Shown: piece by piece, positions 29,647-41,074 of the stretch
Position numbering within the stretch: the stretch's first letter is position 1
Layout: each line of letters starts with the position of its first letter
Origin: Chloroflexota bacterium
GTDB taxonomy: Bacteria > Chloroflexota > UBA6077 > FW602-bin22
DNA: 64,000 bases
Direction: 5' to 3'
NCBI GenBank assembly: GCA_016875715.1
Contig: VGOZ01000002.1
Span: 20,608-84,607, forward strand
Translations under genes and position numbers: made by a program
Notes under the pieces: model-generated
What the model was told of the DNA's origin: nothing
What the model saw: only the letters and a program-made list of their open reading frames with translations
Databases searched by the model: none

Positions 29647-29871
29647 TCAGACCGGGCGCATCAGGACGAAAACGACGAACGCAAGCGCGAGCACGGCGAA
29701 CACGGCGACGAACCCTCCGGCCAGGCGCACGACGAGGATGTCCCACGCCCGCCGCCTCGGTTCGCGTCGGCCCGGGCCGCCGTGAATGAAGTCGACGAAG
29801 CGCGGCGCGAGCACCAGTTGGGCCACGCTCAGCGCTAGGAATACGCACAGTGTGGCGAGGAGGATTTCCAT
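29647..29871 (-). CDS. Small two-TM membrane protein
   Basis: Two hydrophobic segments; follows ggt on the same strand. Confidence 0.5.
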   Translation of the reverse strand: MEILLATLCVFLALSVAQLVLAPRFVDFIHGGPGRREPRRRAWDILVVRLAGGFVAVFAVLALAFVVFVLMRPV

Positions 29872-29891
29872 CGGCCGCGGGCGCGCGATCC

Positions 29892-31517
29892 TCAGAAGGC
29901 GACCGCCGCGCCGTCCTTGCGCGGCTCGCTCGCTGCGGTGAGCACGCCCGAATCGGGGTCGATGAGGATGGCCTGACCTCCGCCAAACGCCATTGTCAGC
30001 GCTGCCTCGGAGCGCGCATCGTGGCCGCGCGTGCGCAGGCTGTCGACCGTCGCGGTGCCGAAGGTCTCCTCGAGCGCCACGCGCACGCCGTGCATCACTC
30101 GGAACCGGGGCGCGTCCAACGCCTCCTGCGGGTTCATCCGGAAATCGACCAGGTTGCTCAACACTTGAAGGTGACCCTGCGGCTGCATGAACCCTCCCAT
30201 CACGCCGTAGCTAAGCCACGGCCTCCCCTGGCGCGTCACCATCGCCGGGATGATCGTGTGGTAGGGCCGCTTTGCCCCCTCGAGGCGATTGCGGTGGGTC
30301 GGATCGAGCGAGAAGCACCCGCCGCGATTCTGCAGACAGATTCCTGTGTCCCCAGCGGTGATACCGGATCCGAACCCGTGGTACAGGCTGTTGATGAAGG
30401 AGCAGGCGTTGCCCCGCCCATCGACCGCCGAGAGGTACACGGTATCGCTCGCCGGTGGCATCACCCGCGGGATCGTGCGGGCGCGCGCGGGATCGATCGA
30501 ACGGTAAGCCTGACCGGCGTGCGCGGCCGAGAGGAGTTCGTCCAGGGGCAGATCGACGAAGGCCGGGTCGGCGACGTAGTCGCTCGCGACCTCGAAACCG
30601 ATCTTCATCGCCTCGATCGCGAGGTGCTGATGCTCGGCAGAGCCCCAGACGCGCGTGCCCAGATCATCGCGCGCAAGGATGTTCAGAGCCACGAGCGCGG
30701 CAAGCCCCTGCCCGTTTGGCGGGCATTCGTACACATCGTAGCCCCGGTAGCTGATGTGGATCGGCGAATCCCACGTCGAACGATGGTTGGCCAGATCCTG
30801 TTTCGTGATGAGACCGCCTTCACGCTGACTGCACGCGACGATCTGTTCGGCGATCTCGCCGCGATAGAAGGCATCACGTCCGCCTGTCGCGATCGCGCGC
30901 AGGCTCTTCGCCAGAGCCGGAAGCCGGACGATCTGCCCGGCGCGGGGTGGCTGGCCGTCGAAGAGGTAGTGGCGGGTCGAGTCGGCGTGGCGCGCCAGTT
31001 TGGCCGCCGAGGCTGCCCAGTTCCGCGCGATCAACTCCGAGACCGGATAGCCCTCCTCGGCGTACTCGATAGCCGGGGCAAGGATCTCCGCCATTGGCTT
31101 GCTGCCAAATCGCTCGATGAGTGCGGCCCAACCATCGACCGCCCCCGGCACCGTGACCGAGTGGATGCCGACCTGGGGCATCGTGCCGAAGCGTGCGCGG
31201 TACTCCTCGACGCTGGCTGCACGCGGCGCCCGTCCGCTCGCGTTCAGGGCGTGCACGGTCGGATCGCCGGCGACGCAGCAGAGCGCGAACGCGTCTCCGC
31301 CGATGCCGGTGGACATGGGCTCGACGACGTTGAGAGCCGCGGCCGTGGCAATGGCGGCGTCGAAAGCGTTGCCGCCGGCCAGGAGGAGGCGCAAACCCGC
31401 CTGTGCCGCCAGTGGCTGACTCGTGGCGACCGCGCCACGCCGGCCGTGTACGGCGGATCGGCGGGAGGGGAACCTCTGCCCGGCGATCCGCCCGAGGCCG
31501 TCGTACGAGGCGCTCAC
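29892..31517 (-). CDS. ggt: Gamma-glutamyltransferase
   Basis: ATSQPLA, GGNAFDAA, GIGGD, SDTVY autocleavage site, KRPYHTIIP, GVMGG.MQPQGH. Confidence 0.95.
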   Translation of the reverse strand: MSASYDGLGRIAGQRFPSRRSAVHGRRGAVATSQPLAAQAGLRLLLAGGNAFDAAIATAAALNVVEPMSTGIGGDAFALCCVAGDPTVHALNASGRAPRAASVEEYRARFGTMPQVGIHSVTVPGAVDGWAALIERFGSKPMAEILAPAIEYAEEGYPVSELIARNWAASAAKLARHADSTRHYLFDGQPPRAGQIVRLPALAKSLRAIATGGRDAFYRGEIAEQIVACSQREGGLITKQDLANHRSTWDSPIHISYRGYDVYECPPNGQGLAALVALNILARDDLGTRVWGSAEHQHLAIEAMKIGFEVASDYVADPAFVDLPLDELLSAAHAGQAYRSIDPARARTIPRVMPPASDTVYLSAVDGRGNACSFINSLYHGFGSGITAGDTGICLQNRGGCFSLDPTHRNRLEGAKRPYHTIIPAMVTRQGRPWLSYGVMGGFMQPQGHLQVLSNLVDFRMNPQEALDAPRFRVMHGVRVALEETFGTATVDSLRTRGHDARSEAALTMAFGGGQAILIDPDSGVLTAASEPRKDGAAVAF

Positions 31518-32614
31518 CGGAGCTTGCCGCGCCCCAGCACCGGCCACACTTGTTCGACCATGCCATCACGGATCGCGTACATCTCATCGTGGAGGAAGGT
31601 GGTCGAGTCGGAATAGCCGGCGATCCATTCGACCCTATCGCCGACCCGCAGGCGATCGTTCGGCTCGGCGAGTTCGATCACGCCGTGCTCGGCGGAGAGG
31701 CTCACCTTTGCGACCGTGCCGAGATCCAGCGGGCGCGGGGTTCCCGCGCTGTTGCTCATCGTCTTCCACCCCGCGTCGGTGACGATCCGGGTGCCGTTCG
31801 GCCGGCTCGTGACGGTCGTGACGATCGTCATGGCGAAGCCGTGGTCTTTGAGCAGGTAATGCTCGGCGTAGTGGACGTCGCCGAAGATCCCGCCCCCCGC
31901 CTGGATCTCGGTGACGCCCGGGATAGTTGACGTAATCCAGTAGGTGCCCGTGCCGCCGCACGAGACGATCTCCAGCGGCAGCCCGGCCTGGCGCCCCGCT
32001 TCGGCTGTCCCGACGAGCTTCTCGCCAACCGCCTCATCGATCGCGACGCGCTTCTGATCGTCGGGCATGTGCAGCGTGTGCGCTTCCCAGGCCATGAGGC
32101 CGCTCAGCTTGATGCCCGGCAGGTCATGGACCTTCCGGGCCAGGGCCAGCGCCGGCTCGCCGGGATCGACGCCGGCGCGGTTCAAACCCACGTTCAGCTC
32201 GAGCAGGACCCGCACCCGGGTGCCCGCACGCCGCGCCGCGGCGTCGATCTGAAGGGCGTTGTCGTACGAGTCGACCGCGACCATCACGTCGGCGTGGCGC
32301 TGCAGGTGCGCGAGCCGGCTCACCTTGTCGTGGCCGACAATCTGATTGGCGATGAGGATGTCGCGGATCCCGGCGCCGGCCATCACTTCGGCCTCACCCA
32401 GCTTCGCGCAGGTGACCCCGAACGCGCCGGCGGAGAGTTCGCGATGCGCGATCGCGGGGATCTTCTGGCCCTTGGTGTGTGGCCGCCACCCCTTGCCACC
32501 GCGGCGAATGATGGTGTCGGCCATCCGCTGGACGTTCGCCTCCATCGTCGTGAGGTCGACGCAGAGTGCGGGTGTATCCAGTTCGAACTTCGATCGGCCA
32601 ATCGGGGTACTCAT
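31514..32614 (-). CDS. DSD1 family PLP enzyme (D-serine dehydratase / D-threonine aldolase-like)
   Basis: LDTPAL, WRPHTK, CAKLGEAE, SCGGTGT, EIQAG, SAEHG. Confidence 0.88.
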   Translation of the reverse strand: MSTPIGRSKFELDTPALCVDLTTMEANVQRMADTIIRRGGKGWRPHTKGQKIPAIAHRELSAGAFGVTCAKLGEAEVMAGAGIRDILIANQIVGHDKVSRLAHLQRHADVMVAVDSYDNALQIDAAARRAGTRVRVLLELNVGLNRAGVDPGEPALALARKVHDLPGIKLSGLMAWEAHTLHMPDDQKRVAIDEAVGEKLVGTAEAGRQAGLPLEIVSCGGTGTYWITSTIPGVTEIQAGGGIFGDVHYAEHYLLKDHGFAMTIVTTVTSRPNGTRIVTDAGWKTMSNSAGTPRPLDLGTVAKVSLSAEHGVIELAEPNDRLRVGDRVEWIAGYSDSTTFLHDEMYAIRDGMVEQVWPVLGRGKLR

Positions 32615-32686
32615 CCGGGCGCTCCTCCTCGGCTGCCCGATACTACACGACCGGTGGTGCCCCTCCGCCGAAGGGAGGGAGTCCGC

Positions 32687-33409
32687 TCAGCCGATGACGC
32701 GCCGGCGGAGGCGATCGATCGCCGGTGCATCCAGCCCGGCCGCGCTGAGGTATCCCTCGGTTCCGCCGTATCTCTCGCGCAGGTGAGTCAGGACGGCAGC
32801 AATGGCCGAGGCGGGTGACCCGTACCGGGCACGGTCGGCCTGCCGCTCTTCGACCATCCACTGGGTGATGAGCCGGAAGAGATTGACCTCGCTCTCGGCG
32901 TAGTCGGCCTCGACAGTCGCGCCGGGGACGGCGACGAGGTCGAGCATCATCGCCACGACGATACCGGTCCGATCCTTGCCGGCGTGGCAGTGCACGACGA
33001 CCGGCCCGATGCCCGCGTCGGCGATTGCGCTGAGGATGCGACCGACGTTGGTCGCGAAGTCGTCAACCATCCCGCGGTAGGCGACGTCGATGCCGTTCGC
33101 GGTCCGCAGGCGCTCGATCGCGGCCTCGTTGGCCGTATCGAGAAACGGGAGGTTCGCGTAGCGGGGATCGCCCGGCTGCCTCAATTCCGCAAACGGATTC
33201 GGGTAGCGCTCCAGTTCATCGTCGTTGCGCAGATCGACGATGAGCGACACGCCCGCGTCCACGACCGCGCGCCGACCGCGCGCCGTGAGCCGATGGAGGG
33301 AGTCCGAGCGGATGATGGCGTCCGCGCGCGTCGCCGCTCCCAGGGCGGTCACGTAGCCACCGATGTGCCGGGCGTTGTGGCAGTCTTCCCAGGCGAGGAG
33401 TCGATCCAT
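32687..33409 (-). CDS. Tyrosine-protein phosphatase (Y_phosphatase3-like)
   Basis: NARHIGG, IVDLR, VVHCHAGKDRTG. Confidence 0.9.
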   Translation of the reverse strand: MDRLLAWEDCHNARHIGGYVTALGAATRADAIIRSDSLHRLTARGRRAVVDAGVSLIVDLRNDDELERYPNPFAELRQPGDPRYANLPFLDTANEAAIERLRTANGIDVAYRGMVDDFATNVGRILSAIADAGIGPVVVHCHAGKDRTGIVVAMMLDLVAVPGATVEADYAESEVNLFRLITQWMVEERQADRARYGSPASAIAAVLTHLRERYGGTEGYLSAAGLDAPAIDRLRRRVIG

Positions 33410-33884
33410 GCGCCCGAGTATCGGCGGCGGAAGCGAATCGTGGCGAGGGCTCTTCGGCTTTGCCCGAACCGCATCTGTGCTCGATGAACGGGCCCCAGCG
33501 GCCCGAGATCATGGCCCAGTATCCTGGCTCTAGTCACGGTGTGCGTGCGCACCGACGGGCGCCGGTGACCGCGCCGAGCACGAAGGTCAGCGCGTGTGTG
33601 GACCAGAGTCGCGGCTGCGTTCGCGAGCCGCGCGGCGCCGCTGAGTGACGCTGCCTCGAACGAAAGCTGGCGTGCCGCCATGACGTCCGGACCGCATCGC
33701 GCGCACCGTGCCTCTCATCCATTGTGTGAACGGGCATCGACAATGTGCGGACGACGAAGCTGATTCCGGAAGTGTGCAAAGACGGGAGACGCGGACTCGT
33801 GAATGGAAGTCAGCGGAGCGCTGTACCGCGGATCAGGGACGGCGCTACCCTCCGAAGCCGGATGGCGGGCGTGGCGCGACGGGT

Positions 33885-35751
33885 GTGATCGCGCTACGTG
33901 AACGCGCCGCGGTCGTCGTGGTGCGTGCGATCGCCGCTTTCTTCCGTCTCCATCGACTCGACGAGTATCCCCCCGGGCTGTACCACGACATTGGGGTCAA
34001 CGGTCTCGACGCGATCGACATCCTGCACGGAAATCCCGCGATCTTCTTCGAACGAAACCGGCCGCGAGCCTCTCTTTCTCTACTACCAGGCCGCCCTGCT
34101 CAGTTTGCTCGGCTTCCATCCGTTCGTCTTCAACCTTTCCGGCGCACTTGTGAGTCTCCTGGGCGTCGCGCTCTCATACCGCCTCTTTCGCGACTGATTC
34201 GGGCACGACATCGCGCTCGCGACCACCGCGATCTACTCGCTCAGCCTGTGGCCGATCGTCGCGGGGCGTATCGGGTTGCGGATGACGCTGATCGCGCCGG
34301 TCACCGTCCTGGCACTGCTTCTGCCCCATCGTGCGATGGCGAACACGCACGCACGGATCCCGATGCTCGGGGGTCTGGTCGCCGCCCATTCGCTCTACGT
34401 GCACCTCGCTGGGCGCATCGTACCGGTCATCCTGGCGGCGATCGTGCTCGCGACCCATCCTCCGCGGGCGGTCTGGCCACGGCTGGCGATCGTCGGCGCG
34501 ACCTTCATCACAGTCGCCCTACCGCTGGCCGCCTACTTCGCGCTGCAGCCCGATCGTTTCTTCGGCAGAGCGAGCCAGGCGGCGATCGTCGCGACGGAAT
34601 CAGGCGTGGCCGGTGCGATCAGCGCGCTGCGGGAGAGCGCCGAGGGTGTGGCGGGGATGTTCACCACCGCCGGGGACGCACAACGTCGCCACAACATCCC
34701 CGGCCGCCCCGTTTTCGAATGGCCGCTGAACGTGCTCTTTGTGGCCTGCCTCGTCGTCGCCATCACTCGGTCGGGGAAGGACGATCGATATCGGCGCTGC
34801 CTGATCTGGTTCGCGATCGGTTTGCTGCCGTCGATGCTTGCCACGGAGAGCCCACATTTCCTGCGCGCGATCGGCATTGCGCTCGTGACCATGCTCTTTC
34901 CGGTTCTGGCCATTGATTTCACGCTCCGGGCGTTCGGCGTGACAGCGCTCCGATCCAGACTGCTGCCGGTCGCCGGCGCGCTTCTCCTCGCGCTTCTGGT
35001 TGTGCGGAGCTACTACCTGTACTTCGACGTCTGGGCTCCTCACGTCGACGCGTACGCGTCGTTCGATACCCAGTTTACGGAGATCGCCGACCTCATCGAT
35101 GTCCGCGATGAGCCACCCCTTCTCTTCGCGATCGAACGGGACGCCTCTCTCAATGTCCTGTCCGAACGGTCGCGATCCGGCATCTGGCAGCCCGAATCGA
35201 GCGCGGTGGTCACGGTTCCGGCGGTATCGGGCGGACTGCTCATTGCGGCGGAGCGCGACTCCGCCCTGGCCCGCGTCGCACCCGAGACCCTTCCTGGCCT
35301 GCTGGATCTGACCTGATGGCGCCCCGGCCTACGGCCGCACTTTCGGGCGTTCGCCTGGTCGGACGTCGAACGCCGCGCGTTCCTCGGCCGATTGCGTCCG
35401 TTCGACCCCGGCCCCCACTCCGCGGAACCGAACGGGGCGAGGGGCTTCTCGTTTGCCCGTCGGTCCGACGCGCACTTCGATCTGCACATCCTCTGGAAAC
35501 TCGATCCGAGACGCCCGTGGACTGTGACCGCGGTCCTCGTACCGGCTCAGGGCCCCTTGATCAGCGTCACCGATCTCTCCGCGCCGCCGCTCAACCGGAC
35601 GGCGAAACCGATCCTGACACTGACGCACGCAGTATTTGCCGCCCCATCCGGTCTTTGCCGTCTCCGAGCGTCGGCTCGGGACGAGTCAGCCGTGACTCTC
35701 GCGTTCGGCGGGCCATTCGTCTCCGAGGCCGAAGCAGACCTTCGGGACTGA
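33885..35751 (+). pseudogene. ArnT/PMT (GT39/GT83-like) membrane glycosyltransferase, disrupted
   Basis: RLDEYPPGLYHD..NGLDA, GREPLFLY, RHNIPGRP, ESPHFLRAIG; frameshift ~34057, in-frame TGA at 34195 and 35314. Confidence 0.75.
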
Positions 35752-35787
35752 GCGAGGGCGTTCCGCGTCTTCTGGTACGCTGCACCC

Positions 35788-36963
35788 ATGCACGACCTGC
35801 TCGTTCGCGGCGGCCACGTCCTCGATCCCGCCTCGGGCCTCGACGCCACGGCCGATGTCGCCGTCGATGGCGACCGGATCGTCGCGATCGGACCCGATTT
35901 GGCGGCTGGCGGCTGGCGGCAGGTAGTCGAGGCGTCTGGCTTGGTCGTTGTGCCCGGTCTGGTCGATCTGCACACCCACGTCTATTGGGGCGTGCCGCCG
36001 CTGGGGATCGAGCCCGATCCGCACTGCCTCCGTCGGGGTGTCACGACCGCGATCGACGCGGGGTCCTCCGGGTCTTCGACCTTTCCCGGTTTCCGTCGCT
36101 ATGTGATCGAAGTGTCGGCGACCCGCATCCGCGCCCTCCTCCATATCGCGTCGATCGGGATGGCCCAGGACAGCGGGCCGGAGGCGGCTCCGGAACTGGA
36201 GGATCTTCGCTGGGCGAACGTCGACCGAGCGATCGAGGTGGCCCGCGCCCATGCCGATCTCATCGTTGGGATGAAGGTGCGCCTCTCCGAGGCGATGCTC
36301 GGGGACAGTGCCGAGACCTGTCGCGAGGCGCTCCGGAGAACCCGCCAGGCCGCCGATGCAATCGGCAAGCCGACGATGGTCCACGTCGGAGGTACGGCCA
36401 TCTCGCTCGCCGAGATCCTGGAGATGCTGAACACCGGCGACATCGTTACTCACTGCTTCCACGGACGCTCCGAGGGCGTCCTCGATGACTCAGGCGCGGT
36501 GCGACCTCAGGTGCGGCGGGCGATGGAGCGCGGCATCGGCTTCGATGTCGGCCACGGCGCCGGCAGTTTCAGTTTCGATGTTGCCCGCCGCGCCCTCGAG
36601 CGGGGACTGATGCCCACGACGATCTCCTCCGACGTGCACGCGTTCAGCGTTGCCGGCCCCGCATACGACCTCGTCACGACGATGACAAAGTTCCTCCACC
36701 TCGGCGTGCCCCTCGCCAAGATCCTGCCCCGCGTTACGAGTGCCCCGGCCCGCGCGGTGGGCATGGCTGGTACGGTGGGCGCGCTCCGGGTGGGTGGCGT
36801 CGCCGACATCACGCTGCTGCGCCTCGAGCGGGGCGATTTCCTGCTCCGCGATGCGCACGGCCACATCGAACGGGGAGAGCGCCGCCTTGAACCGGTACGG
36901 GTGATCCGCGGCGGGCACGTCTATGAGTGTCTTCCCCACCCGGCCCATCATCCGCAAGGCTGA
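35788..36963 (+). CDS. Amidohydrolase/deacetylase family metallohydrolase (dihydroorotase-like)
   Basis: PGLVDLHTH, GVTTAIDAGS, GMKVR, THCFH, FDVGHG, ISSDVH. Confidence 0.88.
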   Translation: MHDLLVRGGHVLDPASGLDATADVAVDGDRIVAIGPDLAAGGWRQVVEASGLVVVPGLVDLHTHVYWGVPPLGIEPDPHCLRRGVTTAIDAGSSGSSTFPGFRRYVIEVSATRIRALLHIASIGMAQDSGPEAAPELEDLRWANVDRAIEVARAHADLIVGMKVRLSEAMLGDSAETCREALRRTRQAADAIGKPTMVHVGGTAISLAEILEMLNTGDIVTHCFHGRSEGVLDDSGAVRPQVRRAMERGIGFDVGHGAGSFSFDVARRALERGLMPTTISSDVHAFSVAGPAYDLVTTMTKFLHLGVPLAKILPRVTSAPARAVGMAGTVGALRVGGVADITLLRLERGDFLLRDAHGHIERGERRLEPVRVIRGGHVYECLPHPAHHPQG

Positions 36964-37012
36964 CCCGGCGCCGATCACGGAACCAGCCCGCGCGCGTGCC
37001 CATCCCGCCTCG

Positions 37013-38515
37013 TCAGACGTAACGCGCCGTCTCGTCCAGTGGCCAGATCGGCCGCGGGATTCGCTGGTACGGGAACCCATCCAGACGCAAAGTCGTTGCG
37101 CCCGGTGCGTCGGCGGTCACGATCGCCGTCGCCAGAGGCGCGAATCCGGCCCGGAAATGATTGCTTGACTTCACGGCCACGACCTGCCGTTGGCGGACGT
37201 CGATGCCGTGGAGGCGGAACACCTCGTCGTCGAACACCTGCTGGCGCCGACTCGAGACCAGGATCTCGAGGCCTCCCACGACGAGACACGCCATCGGTCC
37301 CATGTCCACCTGACCGCCGCGACCCATCGGCGTCGTCAGACGGAATCGCCCATTTGTCACCCGCGCCACGCGGGCGGTCACCGCCAGGGGCAGGCCGTGC
37401 AGCGGTTCCCGGCGACCGCCGTCGGACTTGCCCCCAAGACGGAGCGCAAGCTTGGCTCCCTCACCGGCGCGGTGGGCGGCGTCCGCACTCTCCGGATCGC
37501 AGAGGACCCCGAAAGCGGCATCTCGCAGGTTGGCCGCGAGCATTGCCGCCAGCAGATGAGTGCTATCCCCCGGTGCTCCGCCGCCCGGGTTGTCCGACGT
37601 GTCGTTGATGACGACCGGCCCCGCCGGGTGGCGCTGCGCCTCCGCGATCGCCGCGGCGGGCGTCAGGCTGCGCGGCCGAAGCTCCTCGCGCGCGTCCCAC
37701 AGCGCCGCCGCCACCTCCCGCGCCGCCTCGCGGGCCGGCTCCACGCTCCCATCCCCGATCGCCACCACCGACACCGCAACCGCGGGGACATCCGTGTACG
37801 CGAAACCGTGGAAGATCGCGCACTCCAGCACGCCCGGGCGCCTCTCCATCTCCCAGCACAGCGTGTTCAAACGCCCCATCGGCTCCAGATCGGTCGAGAA
37901 CGTCGGGATCATCATCGGCAGGCGTTCGACCCAGGTATGCGGGCGGATCGCGCCGCCGAACATTCGCTGGAGGAATCCCATCGCCTCGACGCCGCGCTCG
38001 TACATATCGACGTGCGGGTAGAAGTTGACGCCGAACAGACCGTCGCTGGCCTCGGCCATCGCCGCGGTGATGTTGCCGTGCAGGTCGAGCGTCACCGCGA
38101 TCGGGAGTCGTCGGCCCACTCTCGCCCGGATCGCCCGAAGGATGTCAGCCTCGATGTCATCGACCCCTTCGGCCGTCCCCGCGCCGTGCAGGCTCAGGCA
38201 GATCCCGTCCAGACCGTCCGCGGCGGCGATCCGCTCAACCAGATCGTCCCGCATCGTCCGGTACGCGGCCCGCTGGATCGTTCCCGATGGCACGGCCGAG
38301 GTAACCAGCGTCGGTACGAGCGAGAACCCCTGGGAATCGGCACCGTCGATCATCCCCCCGATGTAGCTGCGAGTCCCCCGATGGGAACGGAGGATCTGCG
38401 CGCCCGTATGCCAGGCGTGGTCGCGGAACGACGAGAGGGGGGTTGTCTCCGGGCAGAAAGTGTTTGTCTCGTGCGCGATCTCACCGATCGCCACGCGATG
38501 GACTTGCCCGCTCAC
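37013..38515 (-). CDS. M81 family metallopeptidase (MlrC-like)
   Basis: HETNTF, LSLHGA, TLDLHGN, YPHVD, DNPGGG..GDST, VKSSNHFRA. Confidence 0.92.
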   Translation of the reverse strand: MSGQVHRVAIGEIAHETNTFCPETTPLSSFRDHAWHTGAQILRSHRGTRSYIGGMIDGADSQGFSLVPTLVTSAVPSGTIQRAAYRTMRDDLVERIAAADGLDGICLSLHGAGTAEGVDDIEADILRAIRARVGRRLPIAVTLDLHGNITAAMAEASDGLFGVNFYPHVDMYERGVEAMGFLQRMFGGAIRPHTWVERLPMMIPTFSTDLEPMGRLNTLCWEMERRPGVLECAIFHGFAYTDVPAVAVSVVAIGDGSVEPAREAAREVAAALWDAREELRPRSLTPAAAIAEAQRHPAGPVVINDTSDNPGGGAPGDSTHLLAAMLAANLRDAAFGVLCDPESADAAHRAGEGAKLALRLGGKSDGGRREPLHGLPLAVTARVARVTNGRFRLTTPMGRGGQVDMGPMACLVVGGLEILVSSRRQQVFDDEVFRLHGIDVRQRQVVAVKSSNHFRAGFAPLATAIVTADAPGATTLRLDGFPYQRIPRPIWPLDETARYV

Positions 38516-38788
38516 CGACCCGGATTATGACCGACCGCCGCTCAGGCCGCTCGGCGGCAGCACGACCGGCGTGGAGCGCGCGGGCCCATCGTCAAACTTC
38601 TCCCGTCGAAACGGAGGCCGGGATCGAGACGGTCGGCGATCGCCCGCGCCGCCTCGGGTGCGGTCAGGTGCGCGCGGGAGACGCGCGAGGCCGCGGCGAG
38701 TACCGCCGCGACAATCCAAACGCAGCACTTCCGGCCCGACGAGAACAACCGCTCACCCGCCCTTGCGCCCGCCGCGCCTCCGGACTTC

Positions 38789-41065
38789 CTACGGGCGCAG
38801 CCCCGCGACCGCCGCGCGCGCGTCGGCCGGCCCGTTCTCCGCGAACCCCCGGATCAACGCGACCAGACGCCAGCGATCCTCCTCGGCGATCTGCTCGCGG
38901 AACGCGGGCATCGCAAAGCCGGCGATTCCTTCGGTGATCCAGCCGTACAGCTGGCGCTGCGGGTGATCCATGGCGTGCGCCGACAGGTCCGCGGGAGGCG
39001 GCTGGAGGAACCGTCCGGCCGGACCGTCGCCACGCCCGGTCAGGCCGTGGCACTGCGCGCAACTCTGTTGATACAGGATCCGCGCCCGCTCCCATCCCGC
39101 GGCATCCATGGCGACCGGATTCTCCCCGCGTGTCGCGATGCGGATCTGCTCGCTCGCCTCGCTCGCACCCAGGTAGCCACCACCCACGATCGAGACCATG
39201 GCGATGCCCAGGACGATGGGCATCGCCCGGCGGCGTCCGCGCGCGATCCGGCCGCGGCCGGCCAGTAGCACCACGCCGAACAGCAGCAACTGCCCGGCCA
39301 CGATCGCCGAAGTCGTAATGCGGGGCGCAAACGCGGTCTCGCGCGTGCGGGCGGCCAGCGCATCGAGGATCGTCACCTCGATACGAGCCCGCGCGTCCTC
39401 CATTCCTGTGCGGCGGACCAGCGGCTCGATCCTCCAACGCCCCACCGTCGCGAACTGATTCCCTTCGTGCGCGAACAGATCGGGCCCCTCGCGCTGCAGC
39501 GTGATCTCCGTCTCCCCCATGTCCCGATGATCGAGGTGCTGGATGCGGAGAACTGCCTTTTCGACACCGGTGAGATCCCCGGCGACGTGTAGGGTCGTCC
39601 GATTCCGTCCCGCCTCGCCGGGCGCGATCTCCAGTCGCATCGTCAGTCCGCCCGCCGCAACCTGCCCGGCCACCGACCGAAACGCCACCACGGCCTCGCG
39701 GGCGGGCTGCAGGCCGGTCAAGAGACCGGTCAATCCCAGCACCGCAATCGCGGCGACCAGTTCGACCGCTCCGGTCCAGCGAAAGCGCCTCTCAACTCGC
39801 CGGACGGCCGCGGCCGCGATCTGCCCGCTCAGGCGCGCCAGGCCGAGCAACCGCGGCGCAACCAGCCGCCAGTGGAGGATGCCGAAAAGCGCGACGACTC
39901 CCGACAGGGCGAGTTTCAGGAGCAGTGCGCGGCCGTACGGGGTCCGCTCCAGCGCCTCGATCGACCCCACGGTGATGAGCGACTGGATGATGCCGGTCGC
40001 GGCGACGATGCCCACGACCCACACCATCCGCCCGAACCGGGTGACGACCCCCGCTACGATCTGCGACGCCATCACCGTGCCGGATCGCCGCACCGCGCGC
40101 ACCATCAGGAGCAGGGTTACCAGTCCGCCGAACCACGCGCCCGCTGCTGCCAGATGCAGGAGATCGAGTGCGATCCGCACGGCCGGCCACACGAGGGCCG
40201 CCGCCCCGTGCGACCCGAGCGCGATGGTGACGAGGATCGCGCCAGCCATCGCCAGCGCGATCACACGGCTGCCGCTCTCGTGGCGGCTCGTCGCCAGGAT
40301 CAGCGCGATCGTCACACCCAGCGCGCTGCGGATGAGCAGCAGGTATCCGGCGCGGGTGCCCACCAGAGCCTGAGCGAGCGGATCGCCGATTGCCTGTATG
40401 GGCGTCACTTCCGCGGCGGCAGCGGCCTGCGCCAGCGCCATCGCGGTCGTGCCCCCAAGGACCAGGATCGACCCGAGCACGCCGATCCATCCCAGCGCGC
40501 TGTCCCGCGCCTCGTCGATCGCGCGATCGACCTCCGTACGGCCGCGGCCCCACCGACCGAGCACGAGCGGACCGAACAGCAGCACGCCGAACAGGCCCAG
40601 CGCACCGGCGAAGAGCGCCCCCTTCCCGGCGACGGCCAACGTCGTCGGCTCGTACGCCTGTTGCGCGCCGCGCGCGAGCAGCGCGGCCTCCGGTCCCGCC
40701 ACACCCACGGAGAAAGGGATCGTCCCCCGCGTCGTGTGGCCGTCAACTGCCGAGGTGACCCGCCAGGCCAGAACGTAGGTGCCTTCCGGCACGGTCAAGC
40801 CGTCTGCGACGAGGGCGCGTGTATCCCCCGGAACGAGTCGCGGGCTCAGTCGATCGACAGTCGCTCCACGCGCGTCGAGCAGACGCAGATCGGTCAGGCG
40901 CAGTTCGACCGCCTCGGTGTACCAGAGGTAGATCCGCTCCGGCATCGCCGCGATCGTTGAGCCTGCTTCGGGTGCCGACCTTTCGAGTTCGGCGTGCGCG
41001 CGCGCGAGTGCGGGAAGAACGGCGAAGAGAACCAGCGCCGCCAGGACTGCGATCGCACGCACCAC
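38789..41065 (-). CDS. CopC-CopD (YcnJ-like) copper uptake protein with Ig-like domain and C-terminal cytochrome c
   Basis: Signal peptide then HAELERSAP, SAVDGH; GSHGAA, DLLHLAAAGAWFGG, YGRALLLKL; CAQCHG...MPAF. Confidence 0.88.
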   Translation of the reverse strand: MVRAIAVLAALVLFAVLPALARAHAELERSAPEAGSTIAAMPERIYLWYTEAVELRLTDLRLLDARGATVDRLSPRLVPGDTRALVADGLTVPEGTYVLAWRVTSAVDGHTTRGTIPFSVGVAGPEAALLARGAQQAYEPTTLAVAGKGALFAGALGLFGVLLFGPLVLGRWGRGRTEVDRAIDEARDSALGWIGVLGSILVLGGTTAMALAQAAAAAEVTPIQAIGDPLAQALVGTRAGYLLLIRSALGVTIALILATSRHESGSRVIALAMAGAILVTIALGSHGAAALVWPAVRIALDLLHLAAAGAWFGGLVTLLLMVRAVRRSGTVMASQIVAGVVTRFGRMVWVVGIVAATGIIQSLITVGSIEALERTPYGRALLLKLALSGVVALFGILHWRLVAPRLLGLARLSGQIAAAAVRRVERRFRWTGAVELVAAIAVLGLTGLLTGLQPAREAVVAFRSVAGQVAAGGLTMRLEIAPGEAGRNRTTLHVAGDLTGVEKAVLRIQHLDHRDMGETEITLQREGPDLFAHEGNQFATVGRWRIEPLVRRTGMEDARARIEVTILDALAARTRETAFAPRITTSAIVAGQLLLFGVVLLAGRGRIARGRRRAMPIVLGIAMVSIVGGGYLGASEASEQIRIATRGENPVAMDAAGWERARILYQQSCAQCHGLTGRGDGPAGRFLQPPPADLSAHAMDHPQRQLYGWITEGIAGFAMPAFREQIAEEDRWRLVALIRGFAENGPADARAAVAGLRP

Positions 41066-41074
41066 GCTACGAAG

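Noticed and set aside
33410-33880. Long intergenic regions (also 5270-5570, 14680-14920, 26670-27030) as riboswitch or ncRNA candidates
   Set aside because: No recognisable riboswitch, tRNA or ncRNA consensus by eye. An Rfam/Infernal scan would be needed.
33885-35751. Two in-frame TGA codons suggesting selenocysteine or TGA recoding
   Set aside because: The gene also has a frameshift, the positions are not Cys-like, and many intact genes here end in TGA. Decay is simpler.
37013-38515. Microcystin degradation cluster
   Set aside because: Only an MlrC-family peptidase is present. The CPBP protease is 19 kb away and not recognisably MlrA, and no mlrB/mlrD is adjacent.
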